Source of the DNA: Tubiluchus corallicola
Taxonomy: Eukaryota > Animalia > Priapulida
Reading direction: 5' to 3'
Length of the DNA: 64,000 nt
Assembly (NCBI GenBank): GCA_030141605.1
Contig: JAQGDQ010000874.1
Coordinates: 21,868-85,867, forward strand
Shown: positions 59,001 to 64,000 of the stretch, piece by piece
How positions within the stretch are numbered: position 1 is the stretch's first letter
Layout of the letters: each line of letters starts with the position of its first letter
The notes under the pieces: model-generated
What the model was told of the DNA's origin: nothing
The model's input: only the letters and a program-made list of their open reading frames with translations
The model's database searches: none
Made by a program: the position numbers and the translations under genes

Positions 59001-61543
59001 TTACTTTTTAACTCTTTCAGGATCGTAAGACTTCACTGCATTTTGCATGGCTTCATAAAAAACTGTTCTTACTAAGAAGAGATTACATTATATTTGATAA
59101 TTTTTGTAGGTTTCTACCCCTCACACAATGGACTTTCATGCAAAACATACATACATGAAATTCATTTGCTTACTTTAGACAAATTAAAAAGCGATTTTTG
59201 ACTAAAAAATTGAAAAAAGTTTTCAGTAACTGCAGTGTTTGCACGTAACAATGTACAGTATCACTTGTGTGAAATCAGCTAATGTAGAAAATTTCAACTA
59301 TCCAGACACAACACTCTGATACATTATGGCCTCAAGTCTATTCTATTTTTAAGGAGAAATTCCTGTTAAATAATGAAACGACCTTAATTTGTCCTTGGCT
59401 GATCGGTTAGTTTTTCCTGGAGCTCTGTAAAAGCTGTTAATTAGCTGTGGCAGCTTCGTGAAAAAAATGTAACGTTAAATCTCATTTTTCTCGTTTGTGG
59501 TTTCAGTTCTCTTTTAGATCTTGATCTTCCTCAACTACGGAAAGACTAATTACTAGTTTTGTATTAAAGGAAAACCGGACTAATTAGATCAAAATAAAGT
59601 AAGCTTTAGCATAGTGAAAACTACAACAGCTTTGTTAAGTTAAAGCTTAGATTAAATAATAATTACCCAGTAGTTAATTGTTGGTAAACTTCCAAAGCTA
59701 CGTGCGGCTCAGCGAATCCACTGAGACTGGCAGTGGCACCTCTTGTCGACAAATAGGCGCGGTACCGTGATAAGCATGATCATGAACTGCAGTGTTCGTC
59801 TTGTGACGTCAGTGTGACATAGAGCTCATTTTCATTACATCATATCAGTGTCTTATTGCAAGAAATCTTCGCTTACACAAACGCGCTTGACACGCAGGGA
59901 AGATGCCTACCATTGAACAAGCTGTGGTGAGTTTGTGACGTATGTGATACCCGTGTTTGGTTGCCATTAATTAACTTTCCAAGCTAATTATTCAAATATT
60001 AGAAGCAATTGCTAACTTTTATAGGCAAGAAAGTGTATATTTTTGGACAGTAAATTAAAATGAGATTTAGTTTAATCAATCATTCAGCTTTATTCAAGGC
60101 ACTTTGTTAAACTTTGGTGCTTAAAATTTCAGGGCTTCCCAGTTTATCAAGAGATTTGTTGAGGACGGCAGAAATCTTGAAAGAATCTCATCCCTCTGTG
60201 TATTTAAAAGGATCATCATCAGCTGAGTCTCACGACGGCAGATCCAACGATTATGGCTCCTTGCTGTCCAATTACCTTCCGAGACAATCTAGTCACGTGT
60301 CCGCTATGTATGGAGCGAATCCTGGTCACGAAGTGTTGCGGGACCTCTTGTCGCCCGCGAACGACGTGCGTAAGAATAACGACGTAAACCAGGGCAGCTC
60401 GCTTCACAAAAGAGGTGCACTTTCTCCCGGCTTGATTTGCACAACAGCCGGTGGTAATAATCCGCGTGTTCCGGTGCACGGTGGCACGGTGGAGCAGCTA
60501 GCGGCCATGGCGCAGCTGTCTCAAGCTAGTGTGGCATGCGATAGATATCTAGCCGCGGTCAATTCGGCTTTAGTAAACGGCTACGGGGGTCAGACGTGTG
60601 CAACTTATTCAACTAGTCCCACCTTACAACAGATGCGTCCGCCGATGGTACCGCCTTTATCACATTTCTCTCTCGCCGGCCCAAAAATGCCGACGTCGGT
60701 GCACTCCGTCGGCAAGAGTATAAACGACATTGCGAATGCCTTGCGCGTGCCGTTGATGGGGTCACCAGACTCTCAGCCTAGTCCGAGTACGTCGTTGAAA
60801 TGCAGTAACACGCAAGAAGTCTCTTCGGTTGGAAGCAACAATGCGAGTAACAACAGCTCTTGTTTCTCTCCGCCGGATTTGGCTCCAGATGACCAAACAC
60901 TTGCCGAAGATGATGAAATGGTACTGATATAATTAATAATATTAATATGCTTAAGCAGTTTTTTTTCCGCTAGTGCCTACAACTGTTTAATTGTGTACTT
61001 GCCTAGCAAAATCGTCCGTAAGTCGGCAGTTAAGCTTTTCTAGTTATTCACACGTCCTGAATCTCCATTTCATGAAGATCATTTTGATACCAAGTTCATC
61101 ACTTTATGTTATTTCTAAGCTGAGATAATCCACGTTGAAGTTGAGGTGCAGGTTGCACACTGAAAAACATAATCTTGAGAAAATCGCTGTTAAAGTCAGC
61201 CATTGTTTTTTGTCGTGTTGCTGCAAAACACTTAGCAACTGCACAAATGTTAGTTACTACGGACTTTGCAAGAACACACAGAGGTTATGTTTAAATCCAG
61301 TAGATGACTCTTCCTGACGAAGATTTAGGTTTGGCAACAGAAAAAAACTGAAGCAAAATGACTGCTTCCTCAAGCTACTATCAGAGTTTGAATATACAAG
61401 TTTTTTACAATTGCAGGACTAGTTTCTGGCCAGTAAAGTGGGTACAGAGTTATAAAATAAAATTTTTAGTATTTTTAAACATTTTCTTGATAATTTGATG
61501 CTGTATGTAAAATTCCAAAATATTTAGAACTTGTTTTCATAAA

Positions 61544-61611
<68 letters not shown>

Positions 61612-63034
61612 AAAAATTGACTTTTGACCAAATTTTTGATGCATTCCACTTTGACTATGGCGACTTATGGACGGTTTCGGTTTGCAAGCACGCAACTTTA
61701 ACAACGTATGCTGTGTTCATTTTAATTGTACAAACAGACGTTGTCCAAGTTTCGTTTTGATATCTATGTGCAAAGTTCTTCATTGTTTCTGTGCCGTTAA
61801 GATTATTAAATAAGAATTGAATTGTGAGCAGTGGAGAGCATAGAACCTTTGAGTTTGAACATTCGAATTCGATTCAAACCTGAAATTATAGATTCGAATA
61901 ATTCAGCACTTCGGCCACGTACATTCTTTATCATTAAAATATTTAAAGCATCATCCAATTAGTGCAATTTAGCTGCAGTTTCTGTGCAAAATTTTTAACA
62001 AACTAATAATGGTTTTACTGCAGAACAAAAGCAAGCAATATGCATCATCTTTGTAAGACAACTTTTTACTAATGTTTCAAAAACGTGTTCAAAAATCTTT
62101 CGAACTCAATTTATTTGAATTCGATGCAGATTCGACATACTGAAATTCGGTTCGATTCAAATTCCAAAGGCACGAATTTGATTCGATTAGAATTTGTTTG
62201 CTGGTAGAGAATGTTCACCCCCTGATTAGGACTAATCGCTTATTAAATTTGCCATTTTACGACTGATAAACGGCGTGCATAAGATTATGGATATGTATAA
62301 AATAAATAAAATAGCTTATTTTATGGATTTTTGAAATTTTATTTTATGGATATCAATAAAATAAGAAATAGACTATATCTGGAACGAGATGCCCAGGGGG
62401 AAATCAATTAAAAAGTAAAAACAGGAGGCTTGAAACGTGTTTTTAAACACGCAGGACTTAGTTTTAATTTTATCGGTTTCATATCACTTCAAATTTAATC
62501 AAATTTTACAAGACAATGCCTTGTAATTCATCACTTCAGTTCAAATAATTCATCTATTTGGTACGAATGTAGAATGCCCTCTAGGCTGAAGTTTCCGATC
62601 CAATGCCTGTATTCAGTTTTGATTGCCTTATTTTGTACAAAGATCACAAAAAAAATTTTTTTTTTATTTTATGCATTTCTTATTTTATGGATTTTTTAAA
62701 TTTTATTTTATGGATTTTTGGTCTTATTTTATGGATATCCATAATTTTATGCAGCCTGCTTATAAACATTTGGTAAACCGTATCCCTTGGGAAAACATTC
62801 CGAATGTTTTGCTTTTGTAGGTGGAGTTGTCTCCTAGTGTGAGTATCTCTCGTCGTCAGCTAGACTACTGCAATACAGCATGGACGTACACGCGCTTAGT
62901 CAGACAGTTAATGATAGCCTTGTTTGATCGCCAGACTTTGGCTTCTTCATCTGTGATGGGTCGACGACCTACAGTTCTCAAAGATGCTGATGCTAAACCT
63001 GCCCTTGATGCACTAAAGAGGGATGCAATTATCA
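56067..63034 (+). CDS. Coiled-coil + BEN-domain nuclear protein (BEND5/6/Insensitive-like architecture), 3'-partial
   Basis: Phase-consistent exons: 56067-56207 (MSDDEQ..KKRK NLS), 58749-58893 (coiled coil EIKRLKEESELLRELNFQLQK), 60133-60920 (low complexity), 62821-63034 (TRLVRQLMIALFDRQTLASSSVMG..KPALDALKRDAII, a BEN-like pattern). The gene continues past the window. Confidence 0.75.
56325..56816. mobile_element. hAT (Charlie-like) MITE with 8-bp TSD
   Basis: CAGGGGTGTGCAAATT...AATTTGCACACCCCTG, with TSD gtttaacc on both sides. Confidence 0.9.
57026..57822 (+). mobile_element. Non-autonomous Helitron (truncated copy at about 46141-46412)
   Basis: Starts A|TC with a (TA)n tract. A subterminal hairpin cgcaaaa-tc-ttttgcg (57794-57809) precedes the CTAG|T end. 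No TSD. Confidence 0.7.
58315..58686 (+). mobile_element. Solo LTR nested in a Kolobok-type MITE
   Basis: TGTTGT...ACAACA ends with internal TATATAA and AATAAA. The 5-bp TSD is gtagt/gttgt, and the host MITE sequence resumes exactly after it. Confidence 0.75.
61544..61606. repeat. (AG)n microsatellite
   Basis: Seen directly. Confidence 0.95.
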
Positions 63035-63775
63035 GTGAGCTATTCTTCTCTTTTTAATTGTTTCTTCTTTTTAATTGTTTTTTATTGAACGAGAAGTAAG
63101 TCCCAGGGATGAGAATTTTCCAAGTTTTTGGAAGACCGGTAGTGCCATTTTTGTAAATCGTGTAAATTCGTCGAGAAAATGTTTACGGACCCAGTACATT
63201 ATTTCACAAGCTGACCGCTAGGTGGCAGGCCGTCACTTTGTTTGCATCACGTACATCAGTGTAACCACGTGTATATCTCTATGTATAAAAATATAGAATC
63301 AATTGTGTGGAGTTATTTGAGTCAATTGCAGACAGTTTTTATACTTTTGCATAGGAGCAGCCAGTACTTAGGCATTTTTGAGACAATTAGGTATCATGTA
63401 TCCTTGATAGTTGAGTATTTTAAATTATGCATGAAACAAGGTAACTGATATTTTAAGTCCACTTAGAGGCTCTCTATGGTCACAAAATTGAATTGGCTTC
63501 GCCTCCTTTGAACTCCCATGGGGGCCTAGACGGCCCCCAAAGCTCCGACCTGTTTCAGAGTTTTTGTAATTTGTCATTCTCATCCCTGCAAATCCTCGCT
63601 GAATGACCCCCCCCCCCCGTTTAACAACGTTTCATTTCAATGGCGCTAAACATTTGACTCTTTTTTCACTTAACAACACACGACAATTCAGTAGAAATAT
63701 GAATAAGACTCCGAAAACGTTGATTTATATGATTTAAGCAGCACCGATTTTTGCGTCTGGAACGTAGTCCCAAAC

Positions 63776-64000
63776 TCTTGTCTTTGTTTAACATGTTTCA
63801 CTTAACATCTTTGTCTTTGTTTAACGACGTTTCACTTAACATCTTTGACTTTGTTTAACATGTTTCACTTAACATCTTTGTCTTTGTTTAACGATGTTTC
63901 ACTTAACATCTTTGACTTTGTTTAACATGTTTCACTTAACATCTTTGTCTTTGTTTAACGATGTTTCACTTAACATATTTGTCTTTGTTTAACATGTTTC
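63776..64000. repeat. ~33-bp tandem repeat running off the window end
   Basis: Unit tttgtctttgtttaacatgtttcacttaacatc. Confidence 0.9.

Overview
AT-rich, repeat-dense animal (invertebrate-type) genomic DNA with spliceosomal introns and one N-gap (47969-48184). Six protein-coding loci can be reconstructed by hand. (1) A multi-exon, low-complexity G/P/Y/R/H-rich orphan protein (+, 2283-8699, 5' end missing). (2) An intronless class A GPCR (-, 11552-12556). (3) An intronless ankyrin-repeat + Mab-21/cGAS-like nucleotidyltransferase (cGLR) with intact catalytic motifs (-, 13869-16142, probably extending to 16291). (4) A 14-exon Greatwall/MASTL kinase (-, 19552-47113, about 932 aa). (5) An intronless MRPL22 (+, about 50434-51222). 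(6) A coiled-coil + BEN-domain gene (+, 56067 to beyond the window end). The rest is MITEs (Kolobok/T2-, piggyBac-, hAT-, Tc1/pogo- and Harbinger-like), a non-autonomous Helitron, solo LTRs, a tRNA-derived SINE, LINE 3' relics and many tandem arrays. The most notable observations are the ANK-cGLR candidate immune sensor bracketed by piggyBac-like ends, and tandem arrays within MASTL built from functional junctions: about 49 copies of a splice acceptor, about 22 copies of the stop-codon region, transposon-end arrays, and coding repeat expansions.
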